Shown: one piece after another, positions 47,776-58,404 of the stretch
How the letters are laid out: each line of letters begins with the position of its first letter
Numbering within the stretch: position 1 is the first letter of the stretch
Assembly (NCBI GenBank): GCA_001606155.1
Contig: LODT01000028.1
Coordinates: forward strand, 342,735-406,734
Length of the DNA stretch: 64,000 nucleotides
Source of the DNA: Tieghemostelium lacteum
Taxonomy: Eukaryota
Direction: 5' to 3'
Made by a program: the position numbers and the translations under genes
The notes under the pieces: generated by a model
The model's input: only the letters and a program-made list of their open reading frames with translations
What the model was told of the DNA's origin: nothing
The model's database searches: none

Positions 47776-49891
47776 ATGATTAAAAATCTAAAATCTTTGA
47801 TATCACTGTTAGTGGTAGTATCATTATTATCTATTCAAGTAAATGGTAAATATTATTTTAATACCACTTCCCCACACATTATAAAAAAAAACAAAATGTA
47901 TCTAACACACTGTATAATTGTTTTTTATTTTCTATCTTTTTATTATGCCAGGATACGATTACTGTGATGTTTTAAAAAAGAGTTTAACATTTTATAAAGC
48001 CAATAGAGCTGGTAGATTACCTGATACAGATATACCATGGAGAGGAGATTCTGTCTTGGACGATGCCTATCCTGCAGGTACCAAAGATGCCAATGGGGAC
48101 GGTAATCTCTCTGGAGGTTACTTTGATGCCGGTGACCATGTCAAATTTGCACTCCCAATGTCATTTTCCATGACTACTCTCAGTTGGTCATTTATCCAAT
48201 ACGAAAGTAACATTGAAAAATGTAATTTAACAGAATTGTTCCTTCAAGATATCAAGTGGGGTACAGACTGGTTAATTGCCGCACATGTTTCTGATAATGA
48301 GTTTGTAGCCCAAGTTGGTGATGGTAATATAGACCACGCTTACTGGGGTCCACCTGAAACTATGAAAGTTGAGCGTCCAGTTTTTACAATTTCCGCAACA
48401 GCCCCTGGAACTGAAGTTGCTATGGAAGCTGCTTCTGCACTCTCTGCTGCCTCTATTATATTCAAGACTAGAGACCCAGAATATTCAGCTACTTGTCTCT
48501 CACATGCCAAGAGCTTACATAAGTTTGGTGATACCTATCGTGGTGTTTATTCCGATTCTGTTACCAATGCCCAAGCATTCTATAAATCATGGTCTGGTTA
48601 CAAGGATGATATCGTCTGGGGTTCCATTTGGTTGTACAAAGCCACTGGTGATGAGTCCTATCTTACAAAAGCTAAAGCTGACTATGCAAGCTTTGGAATC
48701 GGTGGTATGGCTCAAGGAAACTCTTTTGATTGGGACTTGAAAGCTGGTGGATGTTGTGTACTCTTAGCCCAGATTACTGGTGAGTCAACATACAAGAACG
48801 ACGCTGAGTCCTTCCTTAACTATTGGTTACCTGGAGGTGGAGTTAGTTACACTCCAGGTGGTTTGGCCTTCATTAGACAATGGGGTCCAGCCCGTTACGC
48901 TGCCTCTAGTGCTTTCTTAGCTGCTGTCTATGGTGGTGATAAATACCTTGATTTCACCAAATCCCAAATTAATTATATCCTCGGTGACAATCCACTATCC
49001 ATATCTTATGTAGTAGGTTTTGGAGATAAACATCCAATTAATCCACATCACAGAGCCTCTCATCATTCTACTACCAATGATATCAATAACCCAGTTAACA
49101 ATGTCTATTTGTTAGTTGGTGCTTTGGTAGGTGGTCCAGGTCAAGATGACTCCTATGTTGATGACCGTACTGATTACATTAAAAATGAAGTTGCCACTGA
49201 TTACAATGCTGGTTTTACCGGTGCTATTTGTGCTCTTATTGATCCAACAACTACACCAGTTCCAACTGAAACTCCAACTAGTACTCCAACTGGTACTCCA
49301 ACTGAAACTCCAACAAGTACTCCAACTAGTACTCCAACTAGTACCCCAACTAGCACCCCAACTGAGACTCCAACTAGTACTCCAACTGAGACTCCAACAA
49401 GTACTCCAACTGAGACTCCAACAAGTACTCCAACAACAGCTCCAAAAGATTCCTTGCCTTTATATAAGAATGGTTTGAAATCCAATTTCCAAGATTGGAG
49501 TTGGGGTGACCATAATCTAGCTGATACAAGTAAACTTTACAATGATGCAACATCATCCATTTCATTTACCCCACAACATTGGAATGCCATTTTCATTGGA
49601 TCCAGTGAGGCTATTGATACCACTAAATACAAATCATTGAGTTTCTATATTAATGGTGGTGAAACTGGTTCTCAAAAACTATCTTTGGCTATTGTCAAGA
49701 ATGGTGCTAAATTAATGTCAAGAGATTTAAGTGCAATCTTAGATAAAGATCTTGCTGCTAATGAATGGACATTAGTAACTATTAACTTTGCAGATTACTC
49801 TGCTACTGATAAAGTTGATGGGTTCTGGTTACAAGATATCAACGGTGAAGCACAGTCTACTGTCTATCTTTCTGATATCTCTGTTAACTAA
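47776..49891 (+). CDS. celA: Glycoside hydrolase family 9 endo-beta-1,4-glucanase (cellulase) with Thr-Glu-Thr-Pro linker and C-terminal binding module; join(47776..47845,47952..49891)
   Basis: Exon 1 is the signal peptide MIKNLKSLISLLVVVSLLSIQVN-G (GTAAAT donor, phase 1, 106-nt intron). Exon 2 is YDYCDVLKKSLTFYKANRAGRLP...DAGDHVKFALPMSFSMTTLSWSF...DHAYWGPPE...NPHHRASH...VGGP, the GH9 catalytic signatures. About 60 aa of (TETP/TSTP)n linker follow, then a C-terminal ~140-aa module. This matches the remembered architecture of the Dictyostelium spore-germination cellulase 270-6. Confidence 0.75.
49255..49440. repeat. 12-nt periodic coding minisatellite (ACT CCA ACT RNN)n encoding the (TETP/TSTP)n linker
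   Basis: About 15 near-identical units sit inside the GH9 cellulase gene. They produce the alternative-frame and antisense ORFs 49131-49478 and 49201-49485. Confidence 0.9.
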
Positions 49892-50022
49892 TCTCTCATA
49901 CATAAACAAAAACATAATAAAAATATATTAATTTAGTTGCATATATTTACTTAATATAAAACTTTACAACTTGACTTTTTTTTTTTTATTTTTAATTTTG
50001 ATCTCACATATTCAACTATGAA

Positions 50023-52575
50023 ATGAAATCGTCGACATCATCATTATCCTTAGCAAAGAGTACGAGTATAAGTAGTAATTTAAATACTCTATCCTCTACA
50101 ACATTGAATAGAAATGAATATATACCATTATGTTTTAGTAAAGATATATTTGAATCAGATGGATTTGAAGTAGATACATTTATTGCAGATTGTAGGAAAA
50201 GAGTAAATTTAGAGAGTATTCAAAAGGATCTAAGAGAATATTCAAAAAATGTGGATTCAGAATTGATTGAATTGATTAATAAAGAATATCAATCATTCTT
50301 TTCATTGTCATCTTCATTAGTAGGGATAGATCATATCATTAATGATTTTAATATAACTCAATCTTCAATTAAATCTGAGATATTGGTATGTATAATCTCT
50401 CTCTATATATACAATATATCTTAACACATCCACTATATTTAACCAGACATTTAAAAGTGAAATTAATAAAGTCAAAGAATCAGTACAACACAGATTAATT
50501 GAAAAGAAGCAGATAGAGAACAATAAAAAACTACTTCAACTGTATATATCAATTCTAGAATCATGCAATAATATGAATAATCTCTTTGATAAACTTTTTC
50601 AATTATCAGATAAAGATTATCTTAAACAGAGACAACAAGATATAAATAATAATATTAATAACAATAGTAATAGTAATCTGACATTAGAGTTTATAATAGA
50701 TAGAATCTCACAGTCATTTTATCAGATTCAAAATCAAATGTCATCTCTAAGTGCAGATGAATTGAAATTGGCAATATTTCAGACAGTTCAACAAAAGGTA
50801 TTAGATATTAGCACTCAAATTGAATCAAAAATTGAACCTATATTTAAGGAATCCCTTAAAAATCTAATTAATACCAACAATAACTCCAATTCAGATATTC
50901 TAATAAGTTGCTTAAAAACCTATTTAATATTACACAAGTTGAATATACCCTATAGAATATTCAAAAGTATTATAGTTAAACCTTATTTTTCAAATGTTAG
51001 TATCATAAAACTATCAACATATTACTATAATATTAATATCAATTACCTATTATTAGATAATCACATTAAATAATTTAAATACACTAGGACTACCAAAACT
51101 ATACGAGAATATATTAAATTTTATAAGGAATGATTGTTCTCAATTTTTTAAAATTGTTACAATTGTCAACCAAAATTCTGATAACAACAACAATAATAAT
51201 AGTAATAGTAATAATAATGGTAGTAGTAATAGTATTAGTAGAGAAAAGGAATTATATAATTTTACAAGTGAATCTATTTTACCAGAGATTGATGATTCAC
51301 TAGGACCACTAAAGCAGATATTTGCAACTGGTATACCTGACCTATTTTTTAAGAATTATAATGAAACTACAGAGTTTATTGCAACTCTTGAAGATATAGG
51401 ATTGAATCATCAGAGAGAACTGTTGATTCAGTTTAGACAATCTACAGCATACCAGAATTTGTGGAAACGTTGGAACTTTGCTGTGTACTTTCAATTGAGG
51501 TTCACAGAGATTGCCAGTAAATTTGAATCAGATTCTAACTTTAGTGTACCTATATTCCAACAGCTATCAATTCCAGTAGTTATTGATCAAAAGATTGAGT
51601 ATTTCCTCAGAAATAGTGCAATACTCATTCAAGCACTTGACCATTGTTGGTCAAAATCTATATTTATCTATGAACTCTCTTCTAAATTCCTAAAACTATT
51701 CTTGCAACTGTTGGCAAGATACCAATATTACATCACTGAATCTTTACAGAGTTATGAACTTCAACAACAACAACAGCAACAGTTACCAACTCAACAACAG
51801 AATAAGCAGACTTTACCAGAGAATTTTGTATTTATAGTATCTGATTTGGTTAGAGTGAAGGAAAGAGTAAATGGATATTATAGGGATTTGATTATTGGTA
51901 CTATAAACTCACAATCTGTAGAAATTAGTCAATTGATTAGTAAGAGTATTGCAGAGATTAATAAGGTTTTTGACGAATTGATACCTAAACTATCAGCTAT
52001 CATCACACAGTATCTCATTTCAAAATCATCAGAGTCATTAGAATTTATTAATACCATTAGAAGCACATATAGAATGACCAATAAACCAGCACCTACTAAA
52101 TCATCCATCTATGTACCATCCATTATCAGTCCAATTGAACTGTTTATAGCTAACAAGGCATATACTATACCCTCTCAACTAAAGGTAGATTGGATTACAA
52201 CTATATTGACACCAGTAACTAAACAGTATGTATTTTATAACATGTAGATAAATGTGATTGGTTTATTAACCTCTACTATTTCATTAAAGATTCAAACAAA
52301 ATGCAATAAATGTATTGGAATCTGTAAATACTTCAAATGAATTTATTAAACATTTGATAAAGAAACCTACTAAACAACAACAGCAACAACAACAAGGTGA
52401 ACTAACAGATTTAGATAAAATGTCAATGCAGTTGTATTTAGATGTTGAAAAGTATAGTGGGTTATTACAGAAACTTTTACCTAATTACTTTGATATCAAT
52501 ACCTTTGATCCATTGATTGACCTTAAAAACCTGGTAGAACCCTTTAAGAAACTTGGTACGAATCAAAATTTATAA
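50023..52575 (+). CDS. cog2: Conserved oligomeric Golgi complex subunit 2 (COG2); join(50023..50385,50447..50999,51088..52225,52290..52575), 779 aa
   Basis: The N-terminus LCFSKDIFESDGFEVDTFIADCRKRVNLESIQKDLREYSKNVDSELIELINKEYQSFFSLSSSLVGIDHIINDFNITQSSIKSEIL aligns with the COG2 N-terminal domain (LCFDKDEFMKEDFDVDHFVSDCRKRVQLEELRDDLELY...LINKDYADFVNLSTNLVGMD). Four track ORFs join through three introns (GTATGT, GTATCA, GTATGT donors) with consistent phases. The total is 2340 nt, divisible by 3. The second donor is non-canonical and was chosen by frame. Confidence 0.65.
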
Positions 52576-52859
52576 AAATAGAAAGTTCAATAAAATAAAA
52601 TATTTTGTTTTTCTTGCTTTTCCAAGTCGTGTATTTGCACTGTCATTTCAAATAAAAATTAAAAAATTTTTTTTGTAATTTGTTTACACCCACTTGGAGA
52701 AGAAGAATTAATATATTAATTTTCGAAAATTAAATATACACATAGCAATCTATTGTAGAGAATTATAACTCCTATCTATTATACAGCTTCTGCTTCTTTC
52801 TCAACATCAACAGGATACATTATATTTTTAGAAAAGATATAAAATCATATCATTTTTAA

Positions 52860-54473
52860 ATGATGGAATTGGATATTGAAGAGAGACAATCTATTATAGA
52901 GCTGCCAGTCAATGTTCAAGAACTCCTATTACAATCCGAATTGAGAAGACAGCTAAAGAGTCAACCAGTCTATTTAAAATATGTAAGTATGAAATTTAGT
53001 TCTAAAATTAAATCAAATAGATTTTTTGTGTAAAAAGGCAGATATTAATAGAATCTTAAAAAAAATTTCTCATTTATCCCTATGATTATAAATTCCCATC
53101 ATCACATCATAATTCTACTTTTAAATGATATCAGTTTTGGAAAATATTATTGATTATATCAGTTTTTTATAGTTTACCATCTATACAATTTGTTTTCTTT
53201 CAATATTCAGACTCTGACATCAAATGTTACTTTAATTATAAATGTGTTAGACCATTTCTGGGATTGACTGCTTTCAATAATGGTAAGTGTTATAGATCTA
53301 TAACACCATGTTTGATAGAAATATCATCACATTTTACTAATAATTGATATACATTATGTGTTTGCAGTGTTAAGTAATATATTTTATATAGTTTCAGGAT
53401 CATCATTTTTATTGATTACCTATTTGACTAGAGCCAAAGAAGATGGAATTCATGGATTACATACAGATATGTCATTATATTATTCAATGGGATTAACTAT
53501 CCTATTAGAAGGATTCTTTTCGGCACTCTATCATGTTTGCCCATCAAGATTAAATTTCCAATTTGATACCACATTTATGTTAATAGGATCTGGTTTATTA
53601 TTTTTTACACTTCACCAAAAGAGACACGCAACTTATACTGCAGGTGCCTTTAAAGCATTCACCTTTTTCTCACTTTTTATATTCTTTAATTTCCTTTCAT
53701 TGACCAATATCAATCCCTATGTGTATGTATATTCTCTTTTACAATAGATACAAACTTAAAAATGGCAATACTAATATGAATACTATTCTAGATTTTGGGC
53801 ATTATTTATGATATTATTTGCATACATTTCCATTTTTGGATCAGCTTATTTATTAGCACATAGAAGATTAGGATTGAATCCTTCAGTTACAGTATTGTGG
53901 AGTTACTATAAAAAAATATTACAGCCATCTACCATTGAAGATAAACCTAGATTCATTGCTATTTTATTTTCAAATGTATTTAGTTGGGCATGTGTTATTG
54001 CTTTTGCCATTTTAGGTATTGCCTATAACATGTCTAAAAACTTTTCAAATTTGATATTGTAAGTCTTTTTATATAGGTTGATATAGATCCATGGTTTAAT
54101 ACTAATTATTATTATTATTTGAAATTACAGAGGTGTAATTATATTAAACTTTTTAGTTTACTTATTCTATTATATAGCAATGAAGATTAAATATGGAGAA
54201 AAAGTTTATGCATTCATTTGGGTACTATTTGTAGTTATGGTATCTTCATGGGGATTGGGTATCTACTTTTTTGAAATTCCAGTTACCAACAAATTCCTGT
54301 CATTTGATGAATCTAAACTTTTGAATAGACCGTGTGTTGTATTTGATTATTTTGATACACATGATGTATGGCATTTCTTTTCATCCATTGGATTATTCTC
54401 TATAATGTCCATTGTTTATTTCATTGATTTTGATCTCAGAAAAGTACCACGATCTTTAATTCATGTCTTTTAA
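52860..54473 (+). CDS. SID1 transmembrane family (CREST superfamily) protein lacking the large N-terminal ectodomain; join(52860..52982,53135..53282,53368..53722,53792..54058,54131..54473), 411 aa
   Basis: Exon junctions recreate blocks conserved in SIDT1/2. These are KY|FWKILLIISVFYSLPSIQFVFFQY (SIDT2 RYFWYLLGFAFVYGFPALQLVITYQ) and DIKCYFNYKCVRPFLGLTAFNN ([20 protein letters not shown]). Others are LYYSMGLTILLEGFFSALYHVCPSRLNFQFDTTFMLIGSGLLFFTLHQKRH ([50 protein letters not shown]) and C-terminal FDYFDTHDVWHFFSSIGLFSIMSIVYFIDFDL ([30 protein letters not shown]). Introns are 151/85/69/72 nt with GTAAGT/GTATGT donors. The total is 1236 nt, divisible by 3. Confidence 0.7.
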
Positions 54474-54737
54474 ACAAATAACTAACACAAAAAATATAAC
54501 ATTCAAAATCAAACAGATAATTTAATTTATTAAAATTACAAAATTCAAAGGAAATGCAAGTATAAAAAAATAGAATCAGTCTATATTTTTATATCAATAA
54601 ATATATTTGTAAATATAATACTTGTAGGTTTTATATTAGTTTTTTTTATTTACAGATTGTATTTTAATTTAGAGAAATGCATTTAAAAAATCCAGGGAGA
54701 GAATTGGTTTTAAATTTATAACAGTCTATGCGTCATC

Positions 54738-54965
54738 TACTACTAAATAGGTAGAAGCTGCGGATCTAACTTTATGAGTTGGCAAGTCTTTAGAGTTTTT
54801 GTTTAAATTGGATTGCTTTTCTAATTTTTGTAATAGTTGTTGTTGATTGTACTGATGTTGAAGTCTTTCAGTGTGTGTCAATGTATTAAATTTATGAACT
54901 GGATTATATGTAATATGTGGAGTAAAGTTAGTTTTTGTGGAATATAACCTGATTCCCTAAATTTC
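54738..54965 (-). other. GC-richer island with a 76-codon Met-less open frame (candidate unannotated terminal exon or ncRNA)
   Basis: Inside a 1.3 kb AT-rich intergenic stretch, 54720-54965 is markedly richer in G+C. The minus strand reads GIRLYSTKTNFTPHITYNPVHKFNTLTHTERLQHQYNQQQLLQKLEKQSNLNKNSKDLPTHKVRSAASTYLVVDDA* after an AT-rich ...AATTTAG acceptor-like site. There is no start codon, so it is not in the ORF track. Confidence 0.2.
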
Positions 54966-55805
54966 ATTTAATTTGAAAAGAGTGAAAAAAAAAAAAGTGT
55001 AAATTGGTCAGTATTGATTAATAATTAAATAAATTACATGATCAATTATTATTACATACATTTGAAATTATATTGATTTTATTAGACATTTTTTTTATAT
55101 ATATTCAAAAATACCAAATGAAATTAGGTTGTGGATGTGTGATTTATAAATGAAACAATAGGAAAAAAAATTAATATTTAATGGGAAAATAAAGAATCTT
55201 CTGTTGTTCTTGAAGATATTTTGTAATTATAAATTAAAAAAAAAAAAATATTAATTTAATATTCACACTACATTATTCTTCACCCCAATATGGAAATTTC
55301 AATTTCAATTCAATTTCGAAATTTATAATAAAACAAATGCATCACCATAATAATATGATAATTATTTCTTTAAAGTACATTTTTTGAATAAGGCATTTAT
55401 TATTTACAGATAAAACACACTCACCACAAATCTTGCCAAACCACCATTTAATGACAGATACACTATATATTTGTACAAAAAAAAAATTTTTGTTATGTAT
55501 ATATGAGGTAACGACAATCTTCATATATTTAAAAAGATGTTGTTATTTGCTATTGTTCTAAGCAATCTAAATATAAATTCAAGTAAAATTAATATATTTA
55601 TATAATAAGGGTGTGTCTATTCACACTATGCAAACTCCTCTGACTTGTACAAAGCAATTATATTAACAAAAAAACCTAATAATATACAACTTCTGCAGAA
55701 TCACAACAATATGTGATTTAATGTAGATTATTTTTAATTAGTTTTCATTTGTTCATATTAAGATATATGTATTTATCGAACTAGGTCGATAAATATATAA
55801 AATAA

Positions 55806-56393
55806 TTACCTTAAAACAAGTAGAGATTGAATGACAACATTGGGTTCCTCTATGTTATCCATATTGTGAAACTGAATTTTCATTTGAGCAAGACCTTTAA
55901 AGACTGCAACGTCATTTTCTTTAGAGTCCACACTAAAAGATATCATTTTGAATAAATATTGTTCTTGTGTACTTTCATTTACAAAGCTATCGATATTAGA
56001 CAACTCTGGGCAGACTAATGGTGCATAGTCATTGTATTTGTCCAATGTCTGTTGTAAATCCTCTATCGATGTCATTAAAATAGCTATACTCCACAATGTA
56101 TTAATATTCCTATTGGTGTAGTGTTTATACTCAATTCTCATAACAAACAAAATGATAGATACCAGATTTTATATCATTAAATAGTCCAGGCCACCAAGAA
56201 CAAAAGGATAATCTTTCATCTTTATCATTCCAAAACTCCACTAAAGATTCTCTAAGTGAGTCTCTTTGTTCTTTCCAAGATTTTGTTGATTCTTTAAAAG
56301 CTTCACTTTTAAAAAATGAATTTATATTTGTATATCTTCCTTCAATAAGTTTATCAATTTCATCTAAATCTATGTTTGTGTTTGCCATCGTCT
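55806..56393 (-). CDS. Small protein of unknown function encoded by two consecutive ORFs offset by a +1 frameshift (possible pseudogene or sequence error)
   Basis: MANTNIDLDEIDKLIEGRYTNINSFFKSEAFKESTKSWKEQRDSLRESLVEFWNDKDERLSFCSWWPGLFNDIKSGIYHFVCYEN* (56131-56393) is followed directly by a 114-codon stop-free frame RIEYKHYTNRNINTLWSIAILMTSIEDLQQ...VVIQSLLVLR* (55806-56150). That frame starts inside the TTTGTTTGTT run, with no room for an intron. Confidence 0.35.
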
Positions 56394-56471
56394 TTATAAT
56401 GCGTAGTTTTATAAAAAATATTGAAAAAATGAAAAAAACACAATTCATTTTCAAAAATTCACACCAAATAC

Positions 56472-57737
56472 ATGATTTCTAGATATATTTCTAATTCTAC
56501 AAGAGTCAGTGGTAGTATCTTTAGATTTTATTGTAGTGTTAATTCAACTTCTAAGGTATTAACAGACTACAGTAAGCTAATACCAAAAGATGGGAATGTA
56601 ACATCACTGATTTTGGATAAAGTTGGAAAGAATCTACACAGTATGGAAGGTCACCCAATTAATATCATCAAAAAGAAGATTCAATACCATTTCAAGAACA
56701 ATCTATCGAATGAGAATACACAATTTAAGTTCTTTGATGAATTTCATCCACGTGTCACTGTGGAGAAGAACTTTAATGATTTACTATTTCCCAATGATCA
56801 CATTGGTAGATCACCAAATGACACCTATTATTTCTCTCAAAATGAACTTTTGAGAACACATACTAGTGCACATCAAACTGATCTCATGAGATCTCAAGAA
56901 ACTGCATTTTTAGTCACTGGTGATGTATACAGACGTGACACTATCGATGCTGTACATTACCCTGTATTTCATCAGATGGAAGGTGTGAAAATATTCCCAC
57001 AAACCCCTGACTCTGTATTCTCAAAATCCATTGATTATTATACAAATCAAGATTATAAAGATTTGGATAGTGTGAAATTAGTTGAAAATGATCTGAAAAA
57101 GTCATTAGAATCTATGATCAAGGCGGTCATTGGTCAAGATCTTCAAATTCGTTGGATTGATGCATATTTTCCATTTACCTCTCCATCTTGGGAGATGGAA
57201 ATACTCTTTCAAGATCAGTGGTTAGAGGTTTTAGGTTGTGGTGTAGTACACCCTGAAATTATGAAAAATTGTCAACTTGAGAAACACAGAGGATGGGCAT
57301 TTGGATTGGGGTTGGAGAGACTGGCGATGATATTATTCAACATTCCTGATATTCGTTTATTCTGGACAGAGGACAAGAGATTCCATCAACAATTCCAACA
57401 AGTTAAATATCTACCTAATGGTGATATTGATCTCAAACAAATTAAATTTCAACCATTTAGTAAATATCCATCATGTTTCAAAGACATTTCATTCTGGTTA
57501 GGAAAAGATTTCCACGAGAACACCTTTATGGAATTTGTCAGACAAATATGTGGTGATCTTGTTGAAAAAGTAGAACTTGTAGACCACTTTGAAAACAAAA
57601 AAACTTCAAAATCCTCTAGTTGTTATCGTATTCACTATAGATCAATGGAAAGAAGTCTTACTAACCAGGAAATTGATCTCATTCAACAAACCTTGCGTGA
57701 CCAAATTGAAAATAAAGTGGATTGTAAACTGAGATAA
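56472..57737 (+). CDS. Phenylalanyl-tRNA synthetase, mitochondrial-type monomeric (class II aaRS)
   Basis: 421-aa single ORF. FDEFHPRVTVEKNFNDLLFPNDHIGRSPNDTYYFSQNELLRTHTSAHQ...TGDVYRRDTIDAVHYPVFHQMEGV...GWAFGLGLERLAMILF are class II motifs 1-3 in the arrangement of mitochondrial PheRS (FARS2). The N-terminus looks like a presequence (MISRYISNSTRVSGSIFRFY). C-terminal anticodon-binding FDX-like domain. Confidence 0.85.
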   Translation: MISRYISNSTRVSGSIFRFYCSVNSTSKVLTDYSKLIPKDGNVTSLILDKVGKNLHSMEGHPINIIKKKIQYHFKNNLSNENTQFKFFDEFHPRVTVEKNFNDLLFPNDHIGRSPNDTYYFSQNELLRTHTSAHQTDLMRSQETAFLVTGDVYRRDTIDAVHYPVFHQMEGVKIFPQTPDSVFSKSIDYYTNQDYKDLDSVKLVENDLKKSLESMIKAVIGQDLQIRWIDAYFPFTSPSWEMEILFQDQWLEVLGCGVVHPEIMKNCQLEKHRGWAFGLGLERLAMILFNIPDIRLFWTEDKRFHQQFQQVKYLPNGDIDLKQIKFQPFSKYPSCFKDISFWLGKDFHENTFMEFVRQICGDLVEKVELVDHFENKKTSKSSSCYRIHYRSMERSLTNQEIDLIQQTLRDQIENKVDCKLR

Positions 57738-58404
57738 AAGAGTAGTGTATCCTCTGTGTACATAAAATATCACACTCCCAATACCAAATATCACTCCGCA
57801 ATTCAATTTTATTAAAAACTTTGATTTTCTCAACTACTCAATCCAAGATGATAAAATTGAGAAATTGTCGTTTTTAAAAACCGTCAAATATTTAAAAAAA
57901 TATCTAAAAACAAACGAGTGAATTTTTTTTTTTTTTTTTTATTTTTTTTTATCTTGTTATCGTATTTCAAAAAAGAGATAATATTAGGGATATTAGGCAA
58001 TAAATACTTCGAGATACTCTCCAACTCAAGTACCACTACCAAAAGAAATTTTTGAAAAATCGATCTTTGTTTTGTCAGATTACGTCCAAAACATTTTTTT
58101 GTCGTTTTGACTAAAGCATCATTCTCAAAATTTTCAACCTATATAATTATTTTATAATATTACAATAGCAGTAGCAGAGTATAGACATTATATATCCACA
58201 CCAAGATAATATATCTCTTTCTTATTGTTTTTGTTTTTTTTTTTCCCTCTCTTTCTTTAATTATCTTCATCAAAAAAATATCCACAGAAAAGTTTTTTTA
58301 TTCATCACAAAAAAAATCAAGAACTCGTTCCTTATACAAGATTATATACAAAATCCCAACACACACAATATATAATAATATAAAATAATATATATAATAA
58401 TAGA

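Noticed and set aside
49131-49485. Leu/Gln-rich plus-frame ORF and Gly/Val-rich minus ORF
   Set aside because: Alternative-frame and antisense readings of the 12-nt TETP coding minisatellite in the cellulase gene.
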